From positions 64,001 to 128,000 of the forward strand of contig JBFMAD010000008.1 in NCBI GenBank assembly GCA_040755855.1: DNA of 64,000 nt, read 5' to 3'. Made by a program: the position numbers and the translations under genes. Source of the stretch: Planctomycetota bacterium. Lineage in GTDB: Bacteria; Planctomycetota; Brocadiia; JAADGH01. Positions 45,733 to 56,126 of this stretch are shown here, piece after piece. The notes under the pieces are model-generated. The model saw only the letters and a list, made by a program, of their open reading frames with translations, made no database searches and was not told where the DNA came from. Each line of letters begins with the position of its first letter. The stretch's first letter is position 1.

Positions 45733-46710
45733 ATGACATCTCGATCCGCCTGTGCGTTTGCCGTTTCATGGCTTCTCGTCTCAGTTCTCTGCGCCGATGA
45801 AATCGTGCTGAGCAGTGGCATCACCCTCAAGGGTCAGGTGGTGGAGCGCAACAGCAAACAGGTGGTCATCGTCAGCAGCGGTCGGAAGATCGCTTACAAG
45901 GCAAGTGAAGTGGGGACCGTCAAGCTCGATCCTCTCCCCGAATTTGAGGAAGGGCAGAAACTGCTTGCCGAAGGCAACGTCGCGGCCGCCATAAGGGCCT
46001 TCGAAAAGGTCCTGAACGGCGATCGGGTTCTGTTCCAGGAGGATGCTCGCGCTAAACTCGTCTTCTGTTATTTCCGCACCGGCCGGCCTGGTGATGCGGT
46101 GGCCGCCTTCCTGGAGATGCTTCGCAAGGCCCCGGACTCACGCCACCGTTCCGGTTTCCCCTGGCACTACGAGGGGGAGTTGACGGCCCCCATGCAAATC
46201 CGCAAGACGATCGCTGAAGCCCGCAAGACGGTGAACCTTGCTCCGGCCCTCGATGCGTGGGTCTCGCTTGTCGCGGGAGAAACAGCGGGGGCGCAGAAGC
46301 AGATATCCGCCCTGGTGCAGAGCAAGGACCCGGTCACAGCCGGCATCGGGACGATCCTTCAGCTTCGGTTGTTGTTTGAGTCGGGCAAACTCGTCGAGTA
46401 CACGAGACTTGTTGCGGAAAAAAAGTGGACCGCGCGCGACGACGTGTGGGCGTGGATATGGTATTGGGAAGGGCGACGCCTTATGGCCGAGAAGGACTAT
46501 CCTCGGGCCGCGCTTGCCCTGCTTCACGCGCCTGCGGTGTATCCGGAAAACGAATGTCTGGCCGGCGACTGTCTCTATCTTGTCGGCCAGTGCTTCGAGA
46601 AAATGAACCAGAAGGATAGGGCAAGAAACGAATACGCCGCCTTAATGAGCCAATTTCCGATTGCCCTCGCTGCGGACCAGGCTCGAAAACGCATCGAGGT
46701 CCTCAAATAG
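45733..46710 (+). CDS. Exported TPR protein
   Basis: Signal peptide, ADEIVL.SG N-terminal domain, TPR-like C-terminus; start could be 45700. Confidence 0.7.
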   Translation: MTSRSACAFAVSWLLVSVLCADEIVLSSGITLKGQVVERNSKQVVIVSSGRKIAYKASEVGTVKLDPLPEFEEGQKLLAEGNVAAAIRAFEKVLNGDRVLFQEDARAKLVFCYFRTGRPGDAVAAFLEMLRKAPDSRHRSGFPWHYEGELTAPMQIRKTIAEARKTVNLAPALDAWVSLVAGETAGAQKQISALVQSKDPVTAGIGTILQLRLLFESGKLVEYTRLVAEKKWTARDDVWAWIWYWEGRRLMAEKDYPRAALALLHAPAVYPENECLAGDCLYLVGQCFEKMNQKDRARNEYAALMSQFPIALAADQARKRIEVLK

Positions 46711-46729
46711 GTAGTTACAGGAGTAGCAG

Positions 46730-47512
46730 ATGACCGGCAACATACTTCGCGCCCGTGCAGTGACCGTGGCTCTCTGTTTCATTCTCATAGCCGTCCTCAG
46801 CATGGCCCTGGCGACGGCGCAGGAGGCCGAGGCCGGCAAGAAGGAGAAGTCGGCCCCGCGAGTGTCGCTGTTCGACACGTTGAAGAAGGGCGGCACGGTG
46901 GGGTGGGTGATTGTGTTTCTGAGCGTGGTGGCGGGGGCCTTGGCTGTGGAACACGCCATCACGATCCGCCGCACGGTGCTGATGCCGATGCCGGTGATCC
47001 AGAGAATCCGAAGCCTCCTCAAAACGCGGGACTTTGTCGAGTTGCGTGATTTCTGCGAGGAGAACGGGTCCTTTGTGGCCCGGGTGATCGGCGCCGCGGT
47101 GGCCGAACCTCGGGCGAGCTACGAGGATGTGGAGGAGGCCATGCTCGAGGCCGGCAGCGAGCAGGCGGCCAAGCTCTACCGGAAGATCGAATATCTGAAC
47201 CTTATCGGGAATGTATCCACCATGCTGGGATTGCTGGGCACGGTGGTAGGCATGGTGCAGGCCTTCGACACTATCGCCCGAACGGGCGGCTTCGCCAAAC
47301 CGGCCGAGCTGGCGGGAAGCATCTCATTGGCGTTGATCACCACGGTCGAAGGGTTGGTGGTGGCGATTCCATCTCTTATTGCCTACGTGTATTTTCGTAA
47401 CAAGGTTGAAGAGCTTTCGGCGGAGGTCGCCGCCGTCGGCGACGAAATCATGAAACCCATCCGGCTGCGCGCACTTCGGGACGACTCGAAGGAGGACGAA
47501 GAGGCGGAATGA
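46730..47512 (+). CDS. MotA/TolQ/ExbB proton channel protein
   Basis: TMLGLLGTVVGMVQAF; ISLALITTVEGLVVAIP. Confidence 0.92.
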   Translation: MTGNILRARAVTVALCFILIAVLSMALATAQEAEAGKKEKSAPRVSLFDTLKKGGTVGWVIVFLSVVAGALAVEHAITIRRTVLMPMPVIQRIRSLLKTRDFVELRDFCEENGSFVARVIGAAVAEPRASYEDVEEAMLEAGSEQAAKLYRKIEYLNLIGNVSTMLGLLGTVVGMVQAFDTIARTGGFAKPAELAGSISLALITTVEGLVVAIPSLIAYVYFRNKVEELSAEVAAVGDEIMKPIRLRALRDDSKEDEEAE

Positions 47513-47976
47513 AACCGAAGCGGCACATGCCCAAACGTCGCACCGGACTGCGCCTGAACATGACGCCGATGATTGACGTTGTATTCCAGCTCATCATTTT
47601 CTTCATGGCGGTCGCCGAGTTTTCGCGCATCGAGACGGAGGACGTGGAGCTGCCCGTCGCCGACCAGGCAGGCGTCGAGGAGACCGTCCCGCCCGGGCGC
47701 GTGGTAATCAATGTGGACAAGGACGGGCGATTGATCGTGGCGAAGCACGGGGTGGATTTCGCCACGCTCCAGCAGTGGCTGCGAGGCGAGGCCCAGCGGC
47801 ATCGCACAGGAAAGGGCGAGATCAACGTGCAGGTGCTGGTGCGCTCGGACGGGCGCGCCGACTTCGGACGAATTCAGGATATCATGCTCGAATGCGCGCG
47901 CAACGGCATCTGGCAGATCTCCTTCGCCGCGCTCACCGACGAGCAGCCGGACACGACCGACCAGGGAGGGCTGTGA
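47509..47976 (+). CDS. ExbD/TolR-family protein
   Basis: NMTPMIDVVFQLIIFFM. Confidence 0.92.
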   Translation: MKPKRHMPKRRTGLRLNMTPMIDVVFQLIIFFMAVAEFSRIETEDVELPVADQAGVEETVPPGRVVINVDKDGRLIVAKHGVDFATLQQWLRGEAQRHRTGKGEINVQVLVRSDGRADFGRIQDIMLECARNGIWQISFAALTDEQPDTTDQGGL

Positions 47977-48425
47977 TGCGATTCAGAAAACCCAGCGGAC
48001 AGGATGAGGACCGACTTCAGCTTCGCATGACCCCGATGATTGATGTTGTCTTTCTCCTGCTCATCTTCTTCATGTGCGTCTCCAAGTGGAAGCAGGCGGA
48101 GGGGAACCTTGCAGCCGAGCTGCCCCCGGAGGGAGCGCCCGCCGAACAGGTCCAGCAGGAGCCCCCGGATCTGGAGAAGGTCGTAATCAAACTCCAGAAG
48201 TCGGGCGACGCAGTTGACATCCGGATGAACGAGCGTCTGTGCTCGACTTTTGACGTCTTGTTCGACAATTTGAGCGCCCTTCGCCAGCGGGTGGACGTGC
48301 CCGTCATCATTGACGCCGATCGGGACGTAGAGTTTCGCTTTGCCATCTCCGCCCTCAATGTGACGGTGAAGGCGGGGCTTTCCAACGTCTCCTTCGCCGC
48401 CCCTCTGGCGTCGCCTTCGGGTTAG
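47976..48425 (+). CDS. ExbD/TolR-family protein (second copy)
   Basis: MTPMIDVVFLLLIFFM; TGATG overlap with the upstream gene. Confidence 0.9.
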   Translation: MRFRKPSGQDEDRLQLRMTPMIDVVFLLLIFFMCVSKWKQAEGNLAAELPPEGAPAEQVQQEPPDLEKVVIKLQKSGDAVDIRMNERLCSTFDVLFDNLSALRQRVDVPVIIDADRDVEFRFAISALNVTVKAGLSNVSFAAPLASPSG

Positions 48426-48430
48426 CTGAT

Positions 48431-50941
48431 ATGCGCATCCGGTCCGTCATTCTCCCAGCATTGATCCTTTCCTTCGCCTGCGCAGTACTCGGCCAGAGCG
48501 GGCGCGACGAAGCGTTCGTGGACGCCCTCATGGCAAGGGGCTACTACGACCTTCTCGAGCTGCAGTACCAGGACTGGCTGAAGCAGCCGAAAATAAAACC
48601 GGAGCAGGTGACCGAACTGAAACGCGGCTTGATTCGCGTCTACACGGAATGGGCCGAGGCGGTCCCCGACCGGGATCAAAAGAGCGATCTGTGGGACCGC
48701 GCCATGAACGATATAGACAAGCTCCTTTCGGGGACGCTCTCATCGAGAGATCGGGCCCGTCTCGAGCTGGATCTCGGCATCGTCTATCTGAACAAGGGGA
48801 ACACCGACGCGCTGGCGGCGGCGGGAAGTGAAACGGCCCGGGCGCGCGCGCAGGAGAACCTCAAGAAGTCGTCGGCGATCCTTCGCTCGGCAAGGGACGA
48901 GGCTACGAGGATGCTGGAGGAGGGCTTCCTTCCCGGAGGGGGAGAGGGGGAGGGCCGGCGGGAGCTGGTGGCGCTGACGTTGGAGGGGGAGTTCCGCCTG
49001 GCCTGGGCGCTCTACGGCCTGGCCAAGGTCTCCCGGCCCGGCGACGCGGAAAAGATCAATCTGCTGCGCGACGCGGAGGCGCGATTCAAATCCATTGCCG
49101 AGAGCTGCCCCAACACGAGCGCCGCCCACGAATCGAATCTCGGCATCGCCCTCTGCCTGCAGGAGGCCCGCGATATGCAGCAAGCCGAGGAGTCGCTTCG
49201 TAAACTTCTCCGAGAGGTGGATAATCCCGCCCTCAAATCAAGAATCTACTACCAGATGGCGCTCGTTTGCCAGGAGATAGGGGAGAGTGACGATGCGCTG
49301 GACGCCGCCCGAACGGCGCTGCGCACCCTGCGGCCTCCAAACCCGGACATGGCAAACGCCTGCCGCCTGCTCATCGCCAAGTGCCTCTACGGCACAGCCG
49401 CAAAAAGCAAAGGCCCCGCGGCCGAGAAGGACAGAAAAGAGGCGCGGGAGATATTGCAGGAACTTGAGGCCTCGGGCGGGCCATGGGCCGCCGCAGCCCG
49501 ACAGGTGATGGTGGCTCAGGCCAAGAGCGAGGGGGGGCGATACAAGGAACTCGCCGAGGCCGAGGCGCGGATGGAAAACGGCGACTACCAGGGCGCTTTG
49601 CAGAGCCTGGAGCGGTTTCTGTCGCAGTCCAAAGGAGAGATGGCCCCGGGACTCCGCGCGGAGCTGTTCTTCAAGAAGGGGCTGTGCTCCTCGAACCTGA
49701 AGGACTACGGCAAGGCGGCGGCGGCCTTTGAGACGGCATCAAAATCCGGCGGAAGCAGCGACCTGGCCGCTCAGGCGGCCTACTACGCCGCGGTGTGCTA
49801 TGGAAACCACTTCAGCAAGACCCAGACCAAGAAGGCCGGAGACACCTACGTCGCATCGCTGCATGACCTGCTCCAACGATTCCCGGAGCATTCCGACAGG
49901 AATGACGTTCGATATCGTCTGGCGAGGATCCGGGAGGAGAGAAAGGAGTTTGCGGCCGCTGCCGAGGAGTATCAGCGCATTGACGCGGACTCCCCGCTGC
50001 GCAGGGGCGCAGCGGACCGGGCGGCCGCCTGTCTGGAGAGACTTCTGCGGGAGGCATGGACGAAGCAGGAGACGCCAAAGGATGAGAAGGAACTCCTGGC
50101 AAGGGCCATCGCCCTGCTGGAGGAGGCAAGTCGGCCCCTGGGCGAGGAATCCCGCCAGGCAAAGGAGGGGCGGGAAGCCAACACCCTTGCCGCAAACGCA
50201 TGCGTGCGTCTGGCCCGGTTCTACCTGAACGAAAAGATAAACCAGCCCGAAAAGGCGGTAAAGCTGCTGGCGGGCTTCGCCGAGAAGTACCCTAACGAGG
50301 AGGAGGCGCGCGAGGATGCGCTCTTCATCGAGGCATGGGCCCTGGGCAGGGCAGGCCAGCTTGATGCGGGCATGGAGAAGCTGCGGCAGGCGCAGGCCGC
50401 CTTCCCCAAGTCGCAGAAGGCCGGGCCGGCGGCGATCACGCTGGCGCTTGGTTTTGAACAGCGGGCCGCCGCCGCCAAGGGCAAGGTGGAGAAGGACCTC
50501 GCCCGCAAGACGGCGGCCGATCTCTTCATGCTCGCCCTCCAGTCGCCGGGCACGGGGGAGCAGGAGAGCATCCAGATGTGGCTCCGGCTGGCCGATCTTT
50601 ACGTCGAAGTGGGCGACTGGAAGCAGGCCAAGAAGGCATACTCGGCCCTAAGTGGGCTTTTTCCCAAGGCGGTGAACGTGCACGAAGGTCTGGCGCGGTG
50701 CCACACCGGCCTGGGGGAGTTCAAGGAGGCGCTCGCGGAATGGCGCGTGGTGGAGGACGCCGCGGAGCCGGGCAGCGAGAAATGGTGGGAGGCCAAGTAC
50801 ATGATTGTCCTCATGCACTACAAGCTGCGAAACTACGAAGATGTGCAGAAGATCATCAGCGTCACGAAGGTCCTGAGGCCGTCCCTCGGCGGGCCGAAGT
50901 ACAAGGATAAGTTTCTGGAGATGGAGAATCGAACGAAGTAG
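48431..50941 (+). CDS. Large exported TPR protein
   Basis: Signal peptide; repeated TPR-like helices; C-terminal WWEAKY. Confidence 0.8.
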   Translation: MRIRSVILPALILSFACAVLGQSGRDEAFVDALMARGYYDLLELQYQDWLKQPKIKPEQVTELKRGLIRVYTEWAEAVPDRDQKSDLWDRAMNDIDKLLSGTLSSRDRARLELDLGIVYLNKGNTDALAAAGSETARARAQENLKKSSAILRSARDEATRMLEEGFLPGGGEGEGRRELVALTLEGEFRLAWALYGLAKVSRPGDAEKINLLRDAEARFKSIAESCPNTSAAHESNLGIALCLQEARDMQQAEESLRKLLREVDNPALKSRIYYQMALVCQEIGESDDALDAARTALRTLRPPNPDMANACRLLIAKCLYGTAAKSKGPAAEKDRKEAREILQELEASGGPWAAAARQVMVAQAKSEGGRYKELAEAEARMENGDYQGALQSLERFLSQSKGEMAPGLRAELFFKKGLCSSNLKDYGKAAAAFETASKSGGSSDLAAQAAYYAAVCYGNHFSKTQTKKAGDTYVASLHDLLQRFPEHSDRNDVRYRLARIREERKEFAAAAEEYQRIDADSPLRRGAADRAAACLERLLREAWTKQETPKDEKELLARAIALLEEASRPLGEESRQAKEGREANTLAANACVRLARFYLNEKINQPEKAVKLLAGFAEKYPNEEEAREDALFIEAWALGRAGQLDAGMEKLRQAQAAFPKSQKAGPAAITLALGFEQRAAAAKGKVEKDLARKTAADLFMLALQSPGTGEQESIQMWLRLADLYVEVGDWKQAKKAYSALSGLFPKAVNVHEGLARCHTGLGEFKEALAEWRVVEDAAEPGSEKWWEAKYMIVLMHYKLRNYEDVQKIISVTKVLRPSLGGPKYKDKFLEMENRTK

Positions 50942-50948
50942 CCCCGCT

Positions 50949-52109
50949 TCACGGCACGAAGCGATGTTGCCCGTTGTTGCCCAGGCCCGCGATCTTGCGC
51001 AGGAGCGCCTCACCCCTTCGGTTCTGGAAGGCAATCGTATTGATGCGAATCTTTTTCCCCTCCGCGGTCTCAAACAGGTATTTACGGATATCCTCCACTG
51101 CGCTCGCCTCAAACTCGCCGTCGGTGAGGAAATAAATGAGGTCGGGCCTGGATCGGATGGCCTGTTCCATGGCGGTGGACGGCTCGGTCCCTCCGTAGGT
51201 CGTCGTCTCCTTGATGAATGCGTAGGCCTTGGCCTTGTTCTCGGTGGTGGCCAGCACCATGCGGTTCCAGCACGCCTTGTGCCGGCCGTGGTCGCTGAAG
51301 AAGATGACGTTGAACATGTTGGCCACCGTCAATCGCTGGATGCTATGGATGAGTTCCTCCTTTGCCGTATCGAGCCGAGGGCCTTCCATGCTGGCTGAGC
51401 GGTCCACCACGAAGATTACACTCGACACCCCGGCCCCGCCGCCGCTCCCGAAAAACGAGACAGGCCCCGTCGCGACAGCGAATGGATTCCCTGATCCCCT
51501 GCGCGCGGAGCCGGTGATGCCGATGACAGGGACCGCGCCGGCCTCGCCCGGCCCTGCCACCAGCCCCGCCGTCGGCGAAGCGTCGGGCGCCGTGAAGGTG
51601 GATGTACGCACCGGCAGCATCTGGTCCAGGTCCTTTTGGATGTCCTCCTTCTTCAGATAGACATCCTTCTCGTCCTCTTCTGTTTTCAGTTGGACATTGA
51701 CCTGGATGCCCGATTCTTCCTTCGCGGGGACGGTCACCGTGATGACGGCCAACAGGATGAGGAGGGCCAGATGAACGGCGAATGATACGACCCAGCAGGG
51801 GACCGTCGTCTTCGCGTGCTGCAGCCAGTCCTCCCACCATGGTAGGATGACGGCGAAAGACGGCGTCTCATCCTCGTCTTCCTCTCCGGCCCCCAGGAAG
51901 TTTTTCCCAAGGTCCACGGTTGCTCCCGCCGCGTCCTCGGCTGCCGGCTTTTTACCTGCTTGCTTCGCGGGCTGCGTGAGGAGAAACTTGGTCTTGCAAT
52001 GCGGACAGCGGCCGTGCCTGCCGATAAACTCCCGGCCGACGCGCAGCTTCTCCCCGCACGCCGCGCAGGCGATTTCGACAAGGGCCTTGCTCGATGCTTC
52101 CTCTGACAT
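50949..52109 (-). CDS. Zinc-ribbon + TM + VWA-domain protein
   Basis: CAAC...CPHC; SFAVHLALL TM; MIDAS-like DRSASM, GGT, FLTDG. Confidence 0.85.
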   Translation of the reverse strand: MSEEASSKALVEIACAACGEKLRVGREFIGRHGRCPHCKTKFLLTQPAKQAGKKPAAEDAAGATVDLGKNFLGAGEEDEDETPSFAVILPWWEDWLQHAKTTVPCWVVSFAVHLALLILLAVITVTVPAKEESGIQVNVQLKTEEDEKDVYLKKEDIQKDLDQMLPVRTSTFTAPDASPTAGLVAGPGEAGAVPVIGITGSARRGSGNPFAVATGPVSFFGSGGGAGVSSVIFVVDRSASMEGPRLDTAKEELIHSIQRLTVANMFNVIFFSDHGRHKACWNRMVLATTENKAKAYAFIKETTTYGGTEPSTAMEQAIRSRPDLIYFLTDGEFEASAVEDIRKYLFETAEGKKIRINTIAFQNRRGEALLRKIAGLGNNGQHRFVP

Positions 52110-52147
52110 AGCCGGTAGATTCCGGACCCGAAAGACCGCACACCTAT

Positions 52148-52176
52148 AGTTTAACCGATGATCCGGCTTTGGTCAA
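52148..52176 (-). promoter_or_regulatory. Putative sigma70 promoter for the VWA gene
   Basis: TTGACC-N17-TAAACT, minus strand. Confidence 0.5.
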
Positions 52177-52190
52177 GTTTTGGAGAGAGG

Positions 52191-52922
52191 CTATTTCGGC
52201 CTAAAAGCGCCGATCACGACATTGTCGTAGCACTGCCAGAGGGTCTGAATGTCCGCAAAGCCTGCGTCAATCAGCCACTGGAGTTGCTGGTCGAGGAAGG
52301 CCCACTTGTTGGCGCTTTTTTCCGGCTCGCGATAAATGCGGTGATACATCCCCCGGATGAGCGCCGCCTCCTTCGCAAATTCCTCCTGCCTTCGGTGGGC
52401 GCGCCGCGCGCTCTCAAGCCGATGGTTCTGGAACGCGCCGATCCACCGCTCCGACCGGATCTTCACCTCCTCGCCGAGGATAAAGATGCCCCCCTCCCGG
52501 AGATGGGCGAAGATTTGGCGATACAACCTCTGCTTGCCGGCGTCCTCCAGGTGGTGAATAGCCCGATTCGAGACCACCACGTCGAGCGGGTCCTTGATCT
52601 TCGCGTCCCATCCCTCCGCGCCGAAGTCATTCCAGAGGAACGTAACCTTCCCGGCGAGCTTGCCCAACATCTGCTCGACGACTTCCTTCTTGAGCTCCGG
52701 ATAGGCCAGCTTGTCCACGTACACCGCCGTGCTGTTGGGAAATGTCTCCAGGATGCGGCGAATGAGCGTGCCTGACCCGCCGCCGACGTCCATCACCCGC
52801 AGGGGCGTGTCGCGGTCGGCGGGGATGTTCTCCACAATGACCGAATGCATCTGTTCGTACGCCTTCCGCGCATCGTACCACTGCGTCTCCCAGTAGGAAT
52901 ACCAGTCTATCTGGAGGGCCAA
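52191..52922 (-). CDS. Class I SAM-dependent methyltransferase
   Basis: VMDVGGGSG; DVVVSNRAIHHL; LREGGIF; TTG start after AGGAG. Confidence 0.85.
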   Translation of the reverse strand: MALQIDWYSYWETQWYDARKAYEQMHSVIVENIPADRDTPLRVMDVGGGSGTLIRRILETFPNSTAVYVDKLAYPELKKEVVEQMLGKLAGKVTFLWNDFGAEGWDAKIKDPLDVVVSNRAIHHLEDAGKQRLYRQIFAHLREGGIFILGEEVKIRSERWIGAFQNHRLESARRAHRRQEEFAKEAALIRGMYHRIYREPEKSANKWAFLDQQLQWLIDAGFADIQTLWQCYDNVVIGAFRPK

Positions 52923-52951
52923 CGGAATTCTCCTATCGGTCGTTGAAACGG

Positions 52952-53479
52952 TTATTTCCTGGACTTGGACTCCGCCTCTTTGATCGCCTTCAGAACGACG
53001 CGCCTCCGCCACAACGCAAGGAGGAGTATCAAAACAAATACCGGGATGAACAGGATAGGGTTCAGAAGCTTTTTGTAAATCGGACGCAGGTCCGGGATGG
53101 AATCCAGCCGCCAGTAGTCGCCCTCTTTCAGAAAGCCGAGGGTAAGCGTCTTTCCCGCCTCATTCTTCAGAACCACATCCGCGCGGTTGCCGGATATCGT
53201 CGCATCGCCGTACTCGAACTTATTAGCCTTGATCGTGTTTACCAGACACTCCAGCATCTCATCGCGTTTGTCCCAGATCGGATTGTCGCTGTAGCACTCC
53301 CTGAGATTCTTCCTCTCCTCCGAATCCAGCTCCGCATCCACACCCTTGCGCCAGATCGAGTAGGTGTCCTTCGGCGTCGAGAACCGTTCGTCCGGCTTTT
53401 TGGGCAAAGGCTTTTCCTGCGACCAGCATGGCGAGACCGACAAAATAAAAACAGAAAGAATCAGGTGCTTCAGGCGCAT
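52952..53479 (-). CDS. Hypothetical exported protein with C-terminal TM anchor
   Basis: Signal peptide; FLKEGDYWRL; C-terminal hydrophobic helix followed by RRR. Confidence 0.6.
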   Translation of the reverse strand: MRLKHLILSVFILSVSPCWSQEKPLPKKPDERFSTPKDTYSIWRKGVDAELDSEERKNLRECYSDNPIWDKRDEMLECLVNTIKANKFEYGDATISGNRADVVLKNEAGKTLTLGFLKEGDYWRLDSIPDLRPIYKKLLNPILFIPVFVLILLLALWRRRVVLKAIKEAESKSRK

Positions 53480-53593
53480 CTTGTCCCTCCCCAGATTTCT
53501 CCATACATAATGCTCACACGGGCTGTATTATAACCCATTTGCGTCCTCTTTCAAAACAGAAATCTCGGCAGGTGTCGCCGGGCGTCTCGCCGC

Positions 53594-55759
53594 TTATCTC
53601 TGTGCCTCGCCCTCCAGACGCTTAACGGTATACTGCGTGACGCGCTTGACGTAACCATACTTGTCCTTGAGCATGTCCTTGATCTCCGGCAGGGCGGGGC
53701 GGGCCTTCTCGCCGATCCGACCGAGGGCGATGGCCGCATTGTGCCGGACGCTCTGGGACTCGTGCTTCGCCGCATCCAGCAAGACCGGCCGCGCCTCCTT
53801 CTCACGCCCCCAGTCGCACATCGCCTCCGCCGCCGCGATGCGGACGATGGGCGATGGGTCGTTCAGGAGCTTGCCGATCGCCTCGTCCTCCTTGCCCAGC
53901 ACATGCAGGCCGACCACGCCCCAGTACCGCACGGAGGCGTCGGGATCGTTCAGCGCCTTCAGATATGTCCCCCGCGCTTTTTCTCCCTCCACATCATGCG
54001 CCTTGAGCGCGCGTAGGCGCTCCAGGAGGTCGCTCTTGTCCATCTGCTCGCGCCAGTGCGGCCGGGCCGTGGATGGTTCGGCGGGGATCGCCGGGCCGCC
54101 GGCCTCATAGCGCACATCTTTGCTGTCCCGGAAGCCGAGCCGACAGGCCTTGGCCGTGAGTACCATCCCGGGGTCGAGGACGATCGGCTCGGTATAGAGC
54201 TGCCAGCCGGCATCTTTCGACCGGCCCGTCCGGCAGGCGATGGACGCCCCCGGCGTAAGGGAGGTCAGCGCGACTATGGTTGCGTCACCCTTCTGTGTCG
54301 GTGTGACCCCCGGCGGGGAGGTCGCTTCATACGGCCCACCCGACTGCTGCATCTCGTCTAACTCCGGCTCGGGGATAAGGCCCACGTCGCCCGTCTGCTT
54401 CGCCCAAGTCAGGTGTTCAGTCCTCATGCGCGCCAGCACATCTTTGTATTTCGGGTCGCCTGCCAGGTTGTTAACCTCATGCAGGTCGGTCTCCGTGTCG
54501 TAAAGTTCCTCAATCGGCTTCTGCTCAAGGAAGAAGTTCTTCTGCGGGCCGACCAGCCTGCCCTCGGCGTTCAGCCGGCGCATCTCCTGCATCGTCGGCA
54601 TCTGGTTCATGTAGTCAATGTCCTGGGCATAGGTCAGGTGGGGCATGTAGTTGCGGATGTATTTGAAGCGTTTGTCCCTCACGGCGCGGATGATGTCATA
54701 GGTCTCGTCCATCCGGTCGCGCGCGGCGTAAACATACTCTCGTGGCTCCGCCTTCTGCGGGCCGAGGAAGGCCCGGCCCTGCATGTGACCGGGAATCTGC
54801 ACCCCGCAGAGCGACAGCATCGTCGGCGCAAAGTCAACGAACGCGACCAGGTCGCCGTTCACCGATCCGGGCTTGAGGGCGTCGGGGTTGTCCGGGAAGA
54901 CGCGCTTCCGCCATTTTTCGGGAACGCGAATAATCAGGGGGACATGGATGCCGGAGTCGTAGAGCCACCGCTTGCCCCGCGACATGCCTTGGCCGTGGTC
55001 GCCCCAGAACCAGACGATCGTGTCCTCCGCCAACCCATCCTCTTCAAGTTGTTGCAGGATCTCGGCGACCTGCTTGTCCATCAGCGTGATGATATCATAG
55101 TACTGCGCCCAGTCCTGGCGGACCGCCGGCGTGTCGGGAAAGTAGGGCGGCAGGACGGCCCTGGCCGGGTCGTGCCTCTCGTCGGGACCGAGCTGGGCCA
55201 GCTTGTCGAGCATCGCTTTCTTCCGATTGCGAATCTGGCTCTCGTGCGTGATGGTCAGGTTGATGACGGAGAAGAAGGGCTTCCCCTCGGGGCGCGTGCG
55301 CCAGTGGGCCTTGGCCCCGCCGCAGACGTCCCAGGCCGTGGTGGGCGGATCGAACTGGTAGTCGGTTTTCGACTGGTTGGTGCAGAAGTACCCCGCCGCC
55401 CGCAGGTATTCCGTGAAGCACCGGACGTACGGCGGCGGCACGCCCTTGCAGCGCATCAGGTGCGTGCCGATGGTCGTCGGATACATGCCCGTGATGATGC
55501 CCGACCGCGACGGGGCGCAGACGGGGGCGTGGGTGAAGCACCGGTCATACCGCACGCCCTGCGAGGCGAACTTATCGAGGTTCGGCGTGACGGCGTACTT
55601 ATCCCCGTAGCAGCCGAGGCTGGGGCTGATGTCCTCTGTGCTGATCCAGAGGATGTTGGGCCGCTCCGCGCCGGGGGTTGGATCGGCGAGGGTGATCCTG
55701 GGCAGCGCGCCCACGGCAGCGGCGCCGCCCATAGCCTTCAAGAAATCTCGTCTCTTCAT
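53594..55759 (-). CDS. Tat-exported Cys-type sulfatase with C-terminal Fn3-like and HEAT-repeat domains
   Basis: MKRRDFLK; RPNILW; APVCAPSRSGIITG; GDHG; ELYD; LNDPDASVR / LNDPSPIVR repeats. Confidence 0.92.
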   Translation of the reverse strand: MKRRDFLKAMGGAAAVGALPRITLADPTPGAERPNILWISTEDISPSLGCYGDKYAVTPNLDKFASQGVRYDRCFTHAPVCAPSRSGIITGMYPTTIGTHLMRCKGVPPPYVRCFTEYLRAAGYFCTNQSKTDYQFDPPTTAWDVCGGAKAHWRTRPEGKPFFSVINLTITHESQIRNRKKAMLDKLAQLGPDERHDPARAVLPPYFPDTPAVRQDWAQYYDIITLMDKQVAEILQQLEEDGLAEDTIVWFWGDHGQGMSRGKRWLYDSGIHVPLIIRVPEKWRKRVFPDNPDALKPGSVNGDLVAFVDFAPTMLSLCGVQIPGHMQGRAFLGPQKAEPREYVYAARDRMDETYDIIRAVRDKRFKYIRNYMPHLTYAQDIDYMNQMPTMQEMRRLNAEGRLVGPQKNFFLEQKPIEELYDTETDLHEVNNLAGDPKYKDVLARMRTEHLTWAKQTGDVGLIPEPELDEMQQSGGPYEATSPPGVTPTQKGDATIVALTSLTPGASIACRTGRSKDAGWQLYTEPIVLDPGMVLTAKACRLGFRDSKDVRYEAGGPAIPAEPSTARPHWREQMDKSDLLERLRALKAHDVEGEKARGTYLKALNDPDASVRYWGVVGLHVLGKEDEAIGKLLNDPSPIVRIAAAEAMCDWGREKEARPVLLDAAKHESQSVRHNAAIALGRIGEKARPALPEIKDMLKDKYGYVKRVTQYTVKRLEGEAQR

Positions 55760-55924
55760 CTCTCATTCCTCCACAAAGCAGGACGAATAGTTTACCAAAG
55801 ACGGAACCATCTCGCCACGATGGATTTGCTCCCTTTGTGGACTGCGCAACCACGTCCAGACGTGGTTGCGCCTTGACATCGGGAAGCCCTGCTTCCAGAC
55901 GATGGCGCGGCAGCCATGCAGTCT

Positions 55925-55957
55925 AACCTCCCGGAGGTTTCAAACCTCCGGGAGGTT
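55925..55957. repeat. REP-like 33-bp double palindrome, family B
   Basis: AACCTCCCGGAGGTTTCAAACCTCCGGGAGGTT. Confidence 0.9.
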
Positions 55958-56126
55958 TGCCATCATTCGCATGGGGGACATGGTCGGCGGAAGAGCGGGA
56001 AGCATGGCTTCCCGCAAGAAAGGCCGTCCTCGCCGAGGTCTTCGTCCAAAAACACATCCTTGACAGCGCAAATATCCCTGATAGACTGGGTAGCTCAAAC
56101 GCTGAGAATTTTTGAGGAGAAGGCGC

